64,000 nt of DNA from a bacterium (GTDB lineage: Bacteria; UBA8248; JACPRG01; G963555815), in NCBI GenBank assembly GCA_965218795.1, contig OZ244653.1:3776001-3840000 (forward strand), in the 5' to 3' direction. Both the position numbers and the translations under genes were made by a program. The notes under the pieces were generated by a model that saw only the letters and a program-made list of their open reading frames with translations, was not told the DNA's origin and did not search any database. Shown piece by piece: positions 9,806-21,344 of this stretch (positions are counted from its first letter, which is position 1; every line of letters starts with the position of its first letter).

Positions 9806-10838
9806 CGGTGTCTCCCGGTTTTTTGCGGCGGCGGACTTCCCGAGGGAATCTGTCGCGGACGGGTCCGGACGGAGGGTTTTCTTCAGTCTTCGGCTGGTTT
9901 TTGAGCCTCTCCGCTTCCTCCAGGGCCCGCTGTTCGGCGGCGAACGCCCGGCGGACCCGAACGATATCGTGCTCGTGTTTCAACAGGACGGTCATCGTGT
10001 GATCCAGGGTGTTCGGATCAATCGACTTGGCGTTCAGCATCAGGAGGGCTTTCGCCCAGTCCAGGGTCTCGCTGACGCTGGGGTGTTTTTTGAGGTCGAG
10101 TCTGCGGAGCCTTTGAACCACCTCGACAGCTTGCCGGGCCAGCTCGGGGGCCAATGCGGGCACCTTCCGCTTCACGATCCGAAGTTCCGACTCCACGGAA
10201 GGATAGTCGATAAAAACATACAGCGAGCGCCGTTTGAGCGCCTCGCTGAGCTCCCGGGTGTTGTTGCTCGTCAGGACGACGGCGGGCCTCTGCCTGGCCG
10301 TCAGGGTGCCGAGCTCCGGCACGCTGACCTGGAAATCACTGAGGATCTCCAAAAGGAACGCCTCGAACTCCGCATCGGCCCGATCGATCTCGTCGATCAA
10401 CAGGAGCACGGGGTGATCCGATCGGATGGCTCGGAGCAGAGGCCGCTGGAGAAGGAACCGCTCGGAGAAGAAGACATCCTCCTCGGCGGCCAGTCGGTCG
10501 GCGGCCTCCCCGAGGGAAGACGCACCCGACAAAACGCTCTGGAGCTTGTCCCGAAGGAGCTGGGTGTAGAGCATCTGCTTCGCGTATTCCCATTCGTAAA
10601 GAGCCTTGGTTTCGTCGAGGCCCTCGTAACACTGGAGGCGAATGAGCTCCCTTCCCGTGGCCCGGGCCCAGGCCTTGCCGAGTTCCGTCTTGCCCACCCC
10701 GGCGGGGCCTTCCGTGAGGATGGGCTTACCCAGCCGATCGGCCAGAAAGACCGCGGTGGAAATCTCCTCCGAGGGGATGTATCCGTTGTCGTCGAGAAGC
10801 CGGCTCACATGCTGGATGTCTTGCGGAGACTCGGTCAT
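9789..10838 (-). CDS. CoxD-like MoxR family AAA+ ATPase
   Basis: EGPAGVGKTE, RLQCYEGLD, LIDEIDR, TSNNTRELSEALKRR. Confidence 0.92.
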   Translation of the reverse strand: MTESPQDIQHVSRLLDDNGYIPSEEISTAVFLADRLGKPILTEGPAGVGKTELGKAWARATGRELIRLQCYEGLDETKALYEWEYAKQMLYTQLLRDKLQSVLSGASSLGEAADRLAAEEDVFFSERFLLQRPLLRAIRSDHPVLLLIDEIDRADAEFEAFLLEILSDFQVSVPELGTLTARQRPAVVLTSNNTRELSEALKRRSLYVFIDYPSVESELRIVKRKVPALAPELARQAVEVVQRLRRLDLKKHPSVSETLDWAKALLMLNAKSIDPNTLDHTMTVLLKHEHDIVRVRRAFAAEQRALEEAERLKNQPKTEENPPSGPVRDRFPREVRRRKKPGDTGANGR

Positions 10839-11183
10839 GACAGGCCCTTTTGAGAACGCACCAAGGTCTCTTCGGGATGGACGTTCTTTCCCCGGTTGCG
10901 CGGTGCAAGGGGTTTCTTTTCGAACGATAACACATCCCGTTCCGGTGTACACAGCCGCCCCTACATTCTGGACTCCCGCCCCCGACAGAAGCGCTCGGGG
11001 ACAGGCCCCGCGGGAATGAACGAGCGATACGGAATTCCTGCCTAGACAGGAATGGTGATCGAATCTAGGGTAAGCTGTACGAATAGTAGGATGACTGAGA
11101 GGGGTCATCCGGGGAATTTCCTAACGGTATGAGTAGGGTGAAAGGGAAGAGTGGATCGTTTCCTAATGAAGAGGGGTGAAGCG

Positions 11184-12185
11184 ATGAGACAGGGCATGCG
11201 GTGGACTGCGATTCTCGTTTTCTTTTTTGTGTCTTTGGGGCTCGTGCAGGCAATGGGGGATACGGCGGCGGCGAAGAAGCTCCGCGTCGCCATTGGGCTC
11301 GACGGGGCCAATAACGACAAAGGTTGGTACGAATCAGGATACCAGGGAGCGATGAAACTCAAAGAGGACCCTGGGATGGTCGAGGTCGCCTTTCAGGAAC
11401 GCGTGAAGGTGGCAGACATGGAAAGGACGGTCCGCCGCTGGGCGGTCGAGGGCTACGACCTGATCCTCGGGCACGGATACTCGTGGGGCGCACCCGCCCG
11501 GAAGGTCGCCCCGGAATTCCCCAGGACGACTTTCGCGGTCGCGGGATTTTTCAACAACAAGGACATCCCAAACCTGGTGAACTACCTGGTCCAAGCCCAT
11601 GAGACGGGCTACATGGCCGGCGTCCTGGCGGCCCTGATGACGAAGAGCCGGAAAGTCGGCGTGATCGGCGGGTATCCCATCCCCCAACAGGTTGCTGATC
11701 ACAACGGCTTCATTCTGGGGGCGCGGTCGGTCAACCCCCGGATCGAGGTCTCGAGCATCTTCATCAACGACTGGTTCGATGCGCCCAAGGCCAAGGAGGC
11801 CGCCATGGCCATGATCGACCAGAACGTGGATGTCCTTGATGTGACCGCGCAACCCATGGGTTTTGGCTCTTACAAGGCCGCGGAAGAGAGGGGCGTTATG
11901 GCGATCGGGATCTATGTGGACTTGAGACCGCTGTCGCCCGACACCTTCATCACGAGCTCGATCTGGAACTGGCACGCCGCCTTGAAACAGATCATTCAGG
12001 ACATAAGCCAGGGCAAGAAGCTCAAGAAGCACTACCTGGTCAGCGCGACCGACGGCGGAGTCTGGCTGGGACCGTTCAACAAGAAAGTCCCAGCGGACAT
12101 AGCGAAGCGGGTCCGCACTGTAGAAAAGGAGATCCAAAGCGGAAAGCTGAAGGTTCCCTATCTGTCCAAAAAGGTGCTCAAGTAA
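11184..12185 (+). CDS. BMP/PnrA family (purine nucleoside-type) ABC substrate-binding protein, no adjacent permeases
   Basis: Signal peptide; NDKGW, GYDLILGHG, GYMAGVLAALMTKS, WFDAPKAKEAA. Confidence 0.85.
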   Translation: MRQGMRWTAILVFFFVSLGLVQAMGDTAAAKKLRVAIGLDGANNDKGWYESGYQGAMKLKEDPGMVEVAFQERVKVADMERTVRRWAVEGYDLILGHGYSWGAPARKVAPEFPRTTFAVAGFFNNKDIPNLVNYLVQAHETGYMAGVLAALMTKSRKVGVIGGYPIPQQVADHNGFILGARSVNPRIEVSSIFINDWFDAPKAKEAAMAMIDQNVDVLDVTAQPMGFGSYKAAEERGVMAIGIYVDLRPLSPDTFITSSIWNWHAALKQIIQDISQGKKLKKHYLVSATDGGVWLGPFNKKVPADIAKRVRTVEKEIQSGKLKVPYLSKKVLK

Positions 12186-12234
12186 CCCTTCGGCCGCCGC
12201 GGGCGGCAAAAACGAGGCTCTCGACTCAAGTTCC

Positions 12235-12483
12235 CCGGGGACAGGTCTCCGGCCATGCCCCGGATGAGGCCCGAGTGCATGTGCAGGTTGACCAGACCGG
12301 GGAGGACGGCATGCCGGGCGCCGTCCACGCTCTTGCAGTCGGAGAATTCCCTCCCCAGGTCGGCCGCCTTGCCCACCGCACGAATCCGGTCATCCTGGAC
12401 GACCATGCCCCCGTCCTCGATCACCCGGTCGTCCGATCCACGGCCAACACAAACCGGCCCTTGAGCAAAATCGATTCCGCTAT
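12235..12483 (-). pseudogene. N-terminal remnant of an MTA/SAH-deaminase-like amidohydrolase
   Basis: ATA (in place of ATG)-AESILLKGRFVLAVD / frameshift / SDDRVIEDGG...LPGLVNLHMH (HxH), truncated after about 80 codons. Confidence 0.7.
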
Positions 12484-13247
12484 CTTTTTCTCTCTCTAAG
12501 CCATAATGTCGAGAGCAGTCTTTGCTTGAAGTTGCTCCAGGGGCCACGTTCTTCCCCTTGCACTTCTCCCGCAGAGCCATTAGAGTGTCCTCGTCGAGAG
12601 AGTTGATTACTCCTTCTGTTGCAGCATCGGCAATACATGTCGGATAAAACTCTACGGAGTATGTTTCGTCGGTTGCCAGTCGATGAAGCTGTTCTTGCAA
12701 CGTCAATTGATTCAATTCGGCTATGAAATTCTGACGAATGTCACCGTCTCGATCCTTGGCAGATCGTTCTCGCTGGGCCTTGCGAACCTGTCTCTCGTTT
12801 CTCGCGTCTTCTATTTCCTTCGCTCTTTTTTTCTTCCACAGGTCGATCCGCCGTTCTGCACGGCGGTACTCCTCGACGGAGCGTGCACCGTGATTCTGGC
12901 TGCCGTATGGAACCCACGGGTTTCGGGTTCGGGGGAGTATCCAGTCTGCGACCTCATCAGCTACTGTCCGGATCACGCTCCTGCAATCGTCGAAATGTCC
13001 AGATCACGGCGGATACAGAACCACCTATCCAGTGATGATGGTTTTCGGCTATAGCTAAACCTCTTGTCAAAGCCACGAGGCCGTCGGTCGGCATTGTGTA
13101 AGTAATCTCGCCCCAAGTTCGCCAATGTTTACGGTTGATCCAACCGAATTCGCCGATCGATTCGAGACGCGCGGCCGTCGCTGGGGTATCGGGGTCGCCG
13201 GACTTTCCAATCTCAATCAGAATCTCGATTACATTGGCTGGAATCAT
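12480..13247 (-). pseudogene. Lower-GC hypothetical gene broken by two frameshifts
   Basis: Pieces MIPANVIEIL...GGSVSAVIW / VADWILPRTRNPWVPYG / RGPWSNFKQRLL join through indels near 12965 and 12555. Confidence 0.55.
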
Positions 13248-13393
13248 CAAGGCATTCGCTTTGCATAAATTTCGCCCGCTCAGCGGCGTCAAGCGAACAC
13301 TCCTCGGTCAATAATTGTCCGTGGCGACTGGGATTGTGATTTTGGCCTTGGATGGAAAGATGGGTCCGCCGCCCGGATGGCGGACACATCCCC

Positions 13394-13416
13394 GCCGGGC
13401 AAGATGCCCGGCCTAC
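13394..13416 (-). repeat. GTAG-type REP palindrome
   Basis: Minus strand GTAG-GCCGGGC-ATCTT-GCCCGGC. Confidence 0.6.
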
Positions 13417-13516
13417 CGGGGGCGCAATAATCTTTGATGCCGAAAGACGTTGAGCACAAAGACTGTCACCGGATCGCCCCCTTTTTGCCCGCGATTCCGA
13501 CGCAAGCCGATTTTTC

Positions 13517-14500
13517 CTACTCGACCCCAAGTTCCCCCAGCAGCCTCCGATAGGCCAGCGCGACGGCGTCCGGCCCTTTGACGTGAAGTTCCTCGCTCAG
13601 ATCGAGCGGAAGCTCCTCGGGCCGCTGTTCCTTCAGGATGACGAGGTCCTGTTCCAGGATCGTGCGGTAAAAGTTTTCCTCGCCATCGAGCCCCCGGGCC
13701 GCCGGATCGAAATTTCGGGCGATCATGAAATACCACGTCGTCTTTTTGGCGGAGTGCGGCTGGACGACGAAATAGAAGCACTCGGCGAGGCCGCCTTCCT
13801 CCTCTTTTCTCTGATAAATCGTGAACGGCCGGGTCAGGGTGTAATTGCGCAAATGGGGATCGGGGTGAAATTCCGTCGGAAGGTCCTGCCGCCGGAAAAG
13901 TAGCCGCTCGCCGTTCCGCTCGATCTCGATCGGGGGCGTTTCCGTGTGCTCCCGGTCACCCAGAATCCCTTCGTGCACCCAGGGGAAGTGCGCCTGGTCA
14001 ACGAAGTTCTCGATGGCCCGGGCGGAGCTGCAGTCCCACGTGTCCTTGTCATGGACGAACACTTCGTACCCGTCGTCATCATACTCGGGGTAGTCGGCGA
14101 TCGGTGTCCGCGGCTTCCCCGACATGCACACCCAGACGATTCCGTGTTTCTCCTCGCAGCGGTAAGCGGTGAGACGGGCCTTCTTGGGGATGGGATGATT
14201 TTCGGGCACCGACGGGATCCGCGTGCACTTCCCCTCTCCGTTGTAAGACCATCCGTGGTAGGCGCAAACGATTTCGTCATTTTCAATCCACCCGAGGGAC
14301 AGGGGCGTCCCGCGGTGGACACACAGGTCGTAAAAAGCCTTCGGCTGACCGCCCAAACGGCAGACCACGATTCGTTCGTCCAGGAGTGTGGTCGCCAGGG
14401 GTTTGTCCTCTGCGACTTCTTCCGAGAAGGCGACCGGGTGCCAATAATCCCTCAAAGCGGGCCAGAGCGCCCCCTCGCTCAGTCCTTTGACTTTCGGCAT
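13517..14500 (-). CDS. Rieske non-heme iron oxygenase alpha subunit (VanA/NdmA-like demethylase type)
   Basis: CVHRG...CAYHG Rieske site; ENFVDQAHFPWVH mononuclear Fe site; C-terminal EQD. Confidence 0.92.
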   Translation of the reverse strand: MPKVKGLSEGALWPALRDYWHPVAFSEEVAEDKPLATTLLDERIVVCRLGGQPKAFYDLCVHRGTPLSLGWIENDEIVCAYHGWSYNGEGKCTRIPSVPENHPIPKKARLTAYRCEEKHGIVWVCMSGKPRTPIADYPEYDDDGYEVFVHDKDTWDCSSARAIENFVDQAHFPWVHEGILGDREHTETPPIEIERNGERLLFRRQDLPTEFHPDPHLRNYTLTRPFTIYQRKEEEGGLAECFYFVVQPHSAKKTTWYFMIARNFDPAARGLDGEENFYRTILEQDLVILKEQRPEELPLDLSEELHVKGPDAVALAYRRLLGELGVE

Positions 14501-14750
14501 GGACTCATCTCCCTTTCGCTGTGATTCCAGAGCTCACATGGTCAGGCATGACGGCGGCGGAAGGATCGGATTGGAATGCGAAGGGTCCGCCCGCTCATGT
14601 TTTCGAATCTCCTCAAGACGAAAGATCGTAACGGGTAATCGCTTGCAGCACAATGAGAAGACCTGAGCCCGGGTGACCCATGATTCATGGAGGCGATCCA
14701 TGCGGCACTCGTGTCCGCCTCGGCTCCGCCCACCCGAGACCGGACTTCTT

Positions 14751-16142
<1,392 letters not shown>

Positions 16143-16187
16143 TCAAACTTTTTCACAGCCACATCGCGAAGCGCGTTCTTCCATGAT

Positions 16188-18434
16188 GTGATGACAGGTC
16201 TGGATGAAACCATTGGATGGGCGGGGCCTCCGTCGGAAGATTTCTATCGTATGATTAATTTAAAGTACTTCCGTCAACGGGTCGAATCGAATCCCGTCGA
16301 TACGACCGATGAATATCATCCACGAGCCGTACGATTTCAGGATTCCCAAGTCATGATTCAGCATTTCGAGGCGATTCTTGCCCAACTGCTTCAGGTGGAC
16401 CGAAAAGAGAAAGCCCCGATTCTCTTCCATCCCGCGCATCATTTTCACGACTCCGTGGACGACCCGGAGGGTATCCCCCAGGCCGTCAATGCGGCGTTCC
16501 TCATCGCATTGGCCGGGGACCGCCATCCGGCCTATGAGAGGGCCAAAGCTTTTCTCACGCAGGCGCAGGGCGTACTTCAATGGGAGGGGGTGGCCGCATT
16601 CTATCAGGACGGAATCGAATTGATTCACCAGGAATTGGAAGCCCTCTCCCGTCGCGACCCGGATTTTGCCGCTCAGATGGAAGAGGTCTCCGCCTGGGTG
16701 TCCCATCCGGAGAACCTTGGAGACGGGGCGGAGGTTGCCGAAAAACTTTGGTCGATATTTTTCCCGGAGGCCGTGGGACTGAGGAAAGGAAAAGAGGAAG
16801 CCGTCGAATCTCTCCGGAAAAGGCGAACCGTGACCATCACGGAGACCAATCCGGCGCCCATTCAGGAGGTTGACAGGCAGGTTCTTTTCACCTCCAACGT
16901 TTTGTTGACCCTTCCCCCTGCTTCCAAATCCCTGGAGGGCCTTCCCTTGAGCGATGGACTCAAGGCGAGTATCTCCGAGACGCTGCGCGAGCCCCAGGTC
17001 TACTGGTACGACCACCCCGTTCAGGTGGGGGTTGCCCCGGAAAATAATGAGATCCTCTATGGCCTTCGGGGGCTCAGGGAGACGTTGACCTTCGAGCGGG
17101 AAAGGGGCTCCGTGCCGGAAGGCGCAAGACTGACGTGCGTTCTATCGGTGTCGGTCACGCACCCGGGTCTCCATGAAGTCGCGAAGTCCTACGTCGAAGA
17201 GGAATTCGCCCGCTACGGCGGGTTGGAGGGCCTGGACGTGTACATATTCACTGAGACGGAGACCCGGCGGATCATCGACGACGTGCTTGCGCCGGCGGCG
17301 GAGCGGTTTCTGAACGCCGGCGACGCCCGGAAGCTTCTCGGTGTCTTGGGGGTGGACGGGGAATACGGCCGGCACTACAGTTTTCTGAAGGCGATTGCCG
17401 CCTTCTGGAACGTACTCGTCAATCCGGACATCCGGGCGACGTTCAAGATCGATCTCGACCAGGTGTTTCCCCAACAGGAGCTGGTCGAGGAGACCGGCCG
17501 GTCCGCGCTGGAGAATTTTACGACGCCCCTGTGGGGGGCGCGGGCCATCGATAGCAGCGGGAAACCGGTGGAATTGGGGATGATCGCCGGCGCGCTCGTC
17601 AACGAGAACGACATCGGCCAATCCGTCTTCACGCCGGATGTGCGATTTCCGGACCGGACGCTCTTTCCGGATGAATACGTTTTCTTCAGCATGCTGCCCC
17701 AGGCGTTATCCACCGAGGCGGAGATGATGACCCGCTACACGCCGGGCGAAATCGACGGTCAAAAAAAGTGCATCGAGCGCATCCACGTGACCGGAGGGAC
17801 CAACGGTATCTTGGTCGACAGTCTTCGGAGGCACCGTCCCTTTACGCCGTCATTCATCGGCCGGGCGGAAGACCAGGCGTATATCCTTTCCGTGTTCTCC
17901 AACCCGGACGGAAGGCTCGCCTATCTGCATCAGGATGGCTTGATCATGCGGCACGACAAAAGTTCATTCGCCCAGGAAGCCATCGAAGCCGCTTCCCTGG
18001 GCAAGTCGATCGGTGATTACGTCCGCATTCTCTACTTCTCCAGGTATGCCGGGGCGCTTCCCGGCAACGAAAATCTGCTGAAACAAACGGCGGACCCCTT
18101 TACGGGGTGTTTCATCTCCCGGATCCCGATCACAATCGTATTTCTTCGCATGGCGGTTCGGGCGTCGGCCATGTTCTCCGCCGGCGAAACCGAGCGGGGG
18201 CGCGAGTTCATCATCATGAGCGCGCGCCGTCTCAAGGAAGCGCTCGAATTCGTCGGAGGCCGGGACGGAAGTCTGAAGCGGCAGTTCGAGAGGGAGAGAT
18301 CGGGATGGGACCTTTACTACGATGTCCTCTCCGCGCTTGAGCGCGCCCTTCTTGAGGAAGACGAGTTTGCAGCGGAGTTGCGCGACAGAGCGACGAAGAT
18401 CGTAGCGGGGTGTTCAGTCCGGACGGACTCCTGA
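16188..18434 (+). CDS. Large conserved hypothetical protein, putative GT-A fold glycosyltransferase-like (start may be further downstream)
   Basis: 748-aa ORF with ordered DLD, VTGGTNG, RAED, MRH motifs. Confidence 0.7.
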   Translation: MMTGLDETIGWAGPPSEDFYRMINLKYFRQRVESNPVDTTDEYHPRAVRFQDSQVMIQHFEAILAQLLQVDRKEKAPILFHPAHHFHDSVDDPEGIPQAVNAAFLIALAGDRHPAYERAKAFLTQAQGVLQWEGVAAFYQDGIELIHQELEALSRRDPDFAAQMEEVSAWVSHPENLGDGAEVAEKLWSIFFPEAVGLRKGKEEAVESLRKRRTVTITETNPAPIQEVDRQVLFTSNVLLTLPPASKSLEGLPLSDGLKASISETLREPQVYWYDHPVQVGVAPENNEILYGLRGLRETLTFERERGSVPEGARLTCVLSVSVTHPGLHEVAKSYVEEEFARYGGLEGLDVYIFTETETRRIIDDVLAPAAERFLNAGDARKLLGVLGVDGEYGRHYSFLKAIAAFWNVLVNPDIRATFKIDLDQVFPQQELVEETGRSALENFTTPLWGARAIDSSGKPVELGMIAGALVNENDIGQSVFTPDVRFPDRTLFPDEYVFFSMLPQALSTEAEMMTRYTPGEIDGQKKCIERIHVTGGTNGILVDSLRRHRPFTPSFIGRAEDQAYILSVFSNPDGRLAYLHQDGLIMRHDKSSFAQEAIEAASLGKSIGDYVRILYFSRYAGALPGNENLLKQTADPFTGCFISRIPITIVFLRMAVRASAMFSAGETERGREFIIMSARRLKEALEFVGGRDGSLKRQFERERSGWDLYYDVLSALERALLEEDEFAAELRDRATKIVAGCSVRTDS

Positions 18435-18542
18435 GCCAAGAAGATCCGAAGGTCTTGCCGCGGGATCCGGAATTTTCCGGGGCACCGCTTGGCATTCATC
18501 GGTCGCCGGAGAAGCCACCCCTGACGGCCCGAGGTTCGTCCA

Positions 18543-19016
18543 TTATTGTTTCACCACAAGCTTGTAATTCGGCGTCGGGTTCAGGGGGCACGAATAGACG
18601 TACTTCCCCTCTTTCAGGGTGATTTCGTAGTCCTGCGTGACGCCCGGATCCAGCCCGCCCCCGGACACTTTGGGGAGGGTCAGCCGACCCAGCCCGGAGC
18701 CTCGAAGGTAAAATCCGAGCATATACGGCACGTTCTTGTTGGTCACCCGGAAGATATGCTTCCCCGGCTTCAACTCCAATACCTTGGACTTCGCCAAGCG
18801 ATCCTTCCCGGTCTCCCGGTTGATCCGCTTGCAGTCATCCGCCGAGTTCGTCTTGAATTCGTGATCCGCGCCCTCGGCCTCCTCGAACTGGCAGCCGGTC
18901 TGGGTGAGCGTGATCACTTGCGAATCGGTGGCTGCGCCCGCTGCGCCGGTAACAATCCAACCGGCCGCTGCGACGGCTGCAAGAAGCGAAAGGGGAACCC
19001 TCTTCGTGAGCCTCAT
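18543..19016 (-). CDS. Exported cupredoxin-fold protein
   Basis: Signal peptide; C-terminal LKEGKYVYSCPLNPTP; RBS AGGAGG. Confidence 0.75.
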   Translation of the reverse strand: MRLTKRVPLSLLAAVAAAGWIVTGAAGAATDSQVITLTQTGCQFEEAEGADHEFKTNSADDCKRINRETGKDRLAKSKVLELKPGKHIFRVTNKNVPYMLGFYLRGSGLGRLTLPKVSGGGLDPGVTQDYEITLKEGKYVYSCPLNPTPNYKLVVKQ

Positions 19017-19384
19017 TGCCGACACCTCCTGAAAGCGTTTACGGATTTGAATGGGTGATTGGGCCTTCGTATGAAATCGGTCCGAGCTTTCTCGGCGCAT
19101 ACTGAGTTAGATGTTTGATTCCGGCGAAAAGATTCAAATGTCTCTTATGAGCCGGACGCGAAATTTCGCGTTTCGAATATGAAAATATAGGCTGTTCGGT
19201 ACCCTCCGGGTAGACCCGTCGATTGAATTTTACAAAAATGTGACACGCAACGCGGCGTATGGCGGCCGGGCACACATTGATGGAGGCCGCTGACCGGGGC
19301 ATGAGAGGCGTTGTTGTGCGATGGAAGAGCCGGATGGATGCAGATTGCAACAGCCTGAATGCCCCGACCGGTTGATGTGGATGG

Positions 19385-19873
19385 CTAGGCAGAAGCGTCC
19401 TTCGATAGATCCTCCGCCATTTGGAGGACTTCCTCGAATTCGTCTTTTCGGACTGGCTGGACGCTGGGCCGCCGCCCCTTTTGGACGACCTGCATGTTTA
19501 TCAATTTGGGGTTGGCTTTCAAGGCATCGAGGGGGACGGGAGCCGGCAGCCTGCTCGTCGCCTTGATGTCGACCATGTCCCACCGCGGATTGTCAGGGGT
19601 GGACTTGGGATCGAAATATTTGGCCTTCTTGTCCCAGGCGGTGTGGTCGGGATAGGCTTCCCGGACGACCTCCGCAACCCCAGCCGCATGGGGGGGCTTC
19701 GTGCTCGAGTGATAGACGAGGACAAGATCGCCCTTGCGCATCGCTCTCATGTGATTTCGTGAGAGGTAGTTGCGGATGCCGTCCCAGTGATCGGTCTGTT
19801 TTTTCTGCGCAAGAAGATCGTCGAACGAGTACGCTTCGGGCTCGGTCTTCATCAGCCAGTACTGGCGTTCCAA
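19385..19873 (-). CDS. EVE domain (thymocyte nuclear protein 1-like) protein
   Basis: YWLMKTEP, WDGIRNY, YHSS, YFDPKS. Confidence 0.93.
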   Translation of the reverse strand: MERQYWLMKTEPEAYSFDDLLAQKKQTDHWDGIRNYLSRNHMRAMRKGDLVLVYHSSTKPPHAAGVAEVVREAYPDHTAWDKKAKYFDPKSTPDNPRWDMVDIKATSRLPAPVPLDALKANPKLINMQVVQKGRRPSVQPVRKDEFEEVLQMAEDLSKDASA

Positions 19874-20006
19874 CAGTCAATTCCTCCGGGAACCGGATTG
19901 GATCTCGATCCCTCGTTGAGCCGGACCCACCCCCTTGCGCCGATCCCAACCTCAGCCGGCTTCAATGAATCGTATATCCATTGTCGGTGTCGAAAGGGTT
20001 CTCCTC

Positions 20007-20501
20007 CTAACCGAGGATCCCGTTCCATTCTTCGGTGCGGGGCTTCTGTGCCTCGAGGAGCGTTGCCGCGTCGCCTCCGATGGAGACCGACTCGATGCTG
20101 TCGCCCTGCTGGATCGCGTCCACAATCTCCTGCCCTCCGGTCACTTTGCCGAAAACCGTGTGATTGCCGTCCAGCCAGGGCGTTTTGACATGGGTGATGA
20201 AGAACTGGGAGCCATTGGTGCCGGGCCCGGAGTTTGCCATTGAGAGGGTGCCCGGCCCGTCATGCGGAAGCTCCGGCGTGCACTCGTCCTCGAACCGATA
20301 GCCGGGACCGCCTGTTCCGTCCCCCTTCGGGCAGCCGCCTTGGATCATGAATTCGGGAATGACGCGATGGAAGGAGAGGCCGTCGTAATAGCCCCGATGT
20401 ACGAGATTCACAAAGTTCGCCACGGTGACAGGGGCCTTGTCTTCGTGCAGATCCAATTGGATTTCGCCTCGGTTCGTGCTGATCCTCGCTGTCAAATTCA
20501 T
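20007..20501 (-). CDS. Cyclophilin-type peptidyl-prolyl isomerase
   Basis: [36 protein letters not shown]. Confidence 0.96.
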   Translation of the reverse strand: MNLTARISTNRGEIQLDLHEDKAPVTVANFVNLVHRGYYDGLSFHRVIPEFMIQGGCPKGDGTGGPGYRFEDECTPELPHDGPGTLSMANSGPGTNGSQFFITHVKTPWLDGNHTVFGKVTGGQEIVDAIQQGDSIESVSIGGDAATLLEAQKPRTEEWNGILG

Positions 20502-20805
20502 GAGGGTTCTCCCGGTTGATCATGGTAGCGGATGGAATTTGCAAATATGCGGGACCTCGGGCGTTGCGGTCATTCACCCGCCGGCAACACGGGGAGCGGC
20601 TGCCGTACGCCCGCCTTGAAAGGGCTATCCGGCAGGATATCAGGGGCGGACGGTCAAAAGGGGCATGGTGTTGGCCGGCCCGGAGAGGCTCTCCGGTAAA
20701 AATCAGAGGCTGCCGGCCCTTCCAGGAACGCATAGGATGGGTTGACCAAAAAAACGACGACCGGAATCCGGTCGCCGCTTGTATCTTCGATGAATGGAGT
20801 TTGGG

Positions 20806-21015
20806 TTAACCTCCCGTCACTTTTCTGACATTGGCCGCTTGAAGCCCCTTTGGGCCTTCCACCACTTCAAAGGTAACGGCTTCTCCCTCCTGCAGGGATT
20901 TGAAGCCCTCCCCTTCAATGGCCGAGTAGTGGACGAACACGTCGTTTCCGTCTTCCTGTGAGATGAAACCGAATCCCTTGGAGTCATTGAACCACTTCAC
21001 GGTTCCTTCGGGCAC
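20806..21015 (-). CDS. Cold-shock protein
   Basis: [24 protein letters not shown]; GTG start. Confidence 0.96.
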   Translation of the reverse strand: MPEGTVKWFNDSKGFGFISQEDGNDVFVHYSAIEGEGFKSLQEGEAVTFEVVEGPKGLQAANVRKVTGG

Positions 21016-21344
21016 CTTAGATTCTCCTGCGCAACTGCAAACCATTCCCCGGAACCTACGCCTGTCGTAGAAACACCCGGGTCGATAGTCGCAAAGATAA
21101 TTCGGAGAGCCCGATTTTGCAAGGGGATTTTCAAGCGGGGGGAAGATTCGCTCCCGTCTATCCTGGTCTCTGCGCGACACTCGTCGAAATGCACGTACTC
21201 AAATAAATGCAGCGGGTTTCGTTGGTGAATCGCGAGTGTATCTGGGAGAGCGGGTGTGCTAATCTTGGAATTCACAAAGAGATGGTTGTTCCGAATTGTG
21301 GCAATGCAGGTTCATTCGATCCTGGGAGGGGGTTGTTCATCATC

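Noticed and set aside
2197-10838. Aerobic CO dehydrogenase cluster
   Set aside because: CoxD/CoxE are present, but neither Mo subunit has AYxCSFR or AYxGAGR, and there is no coxM/coxS.
12158-12976. 272-aa ORF as one protein
   Set aside because: Chimera of a frameshifted low-GC gene and the amidohydrolase remnant.
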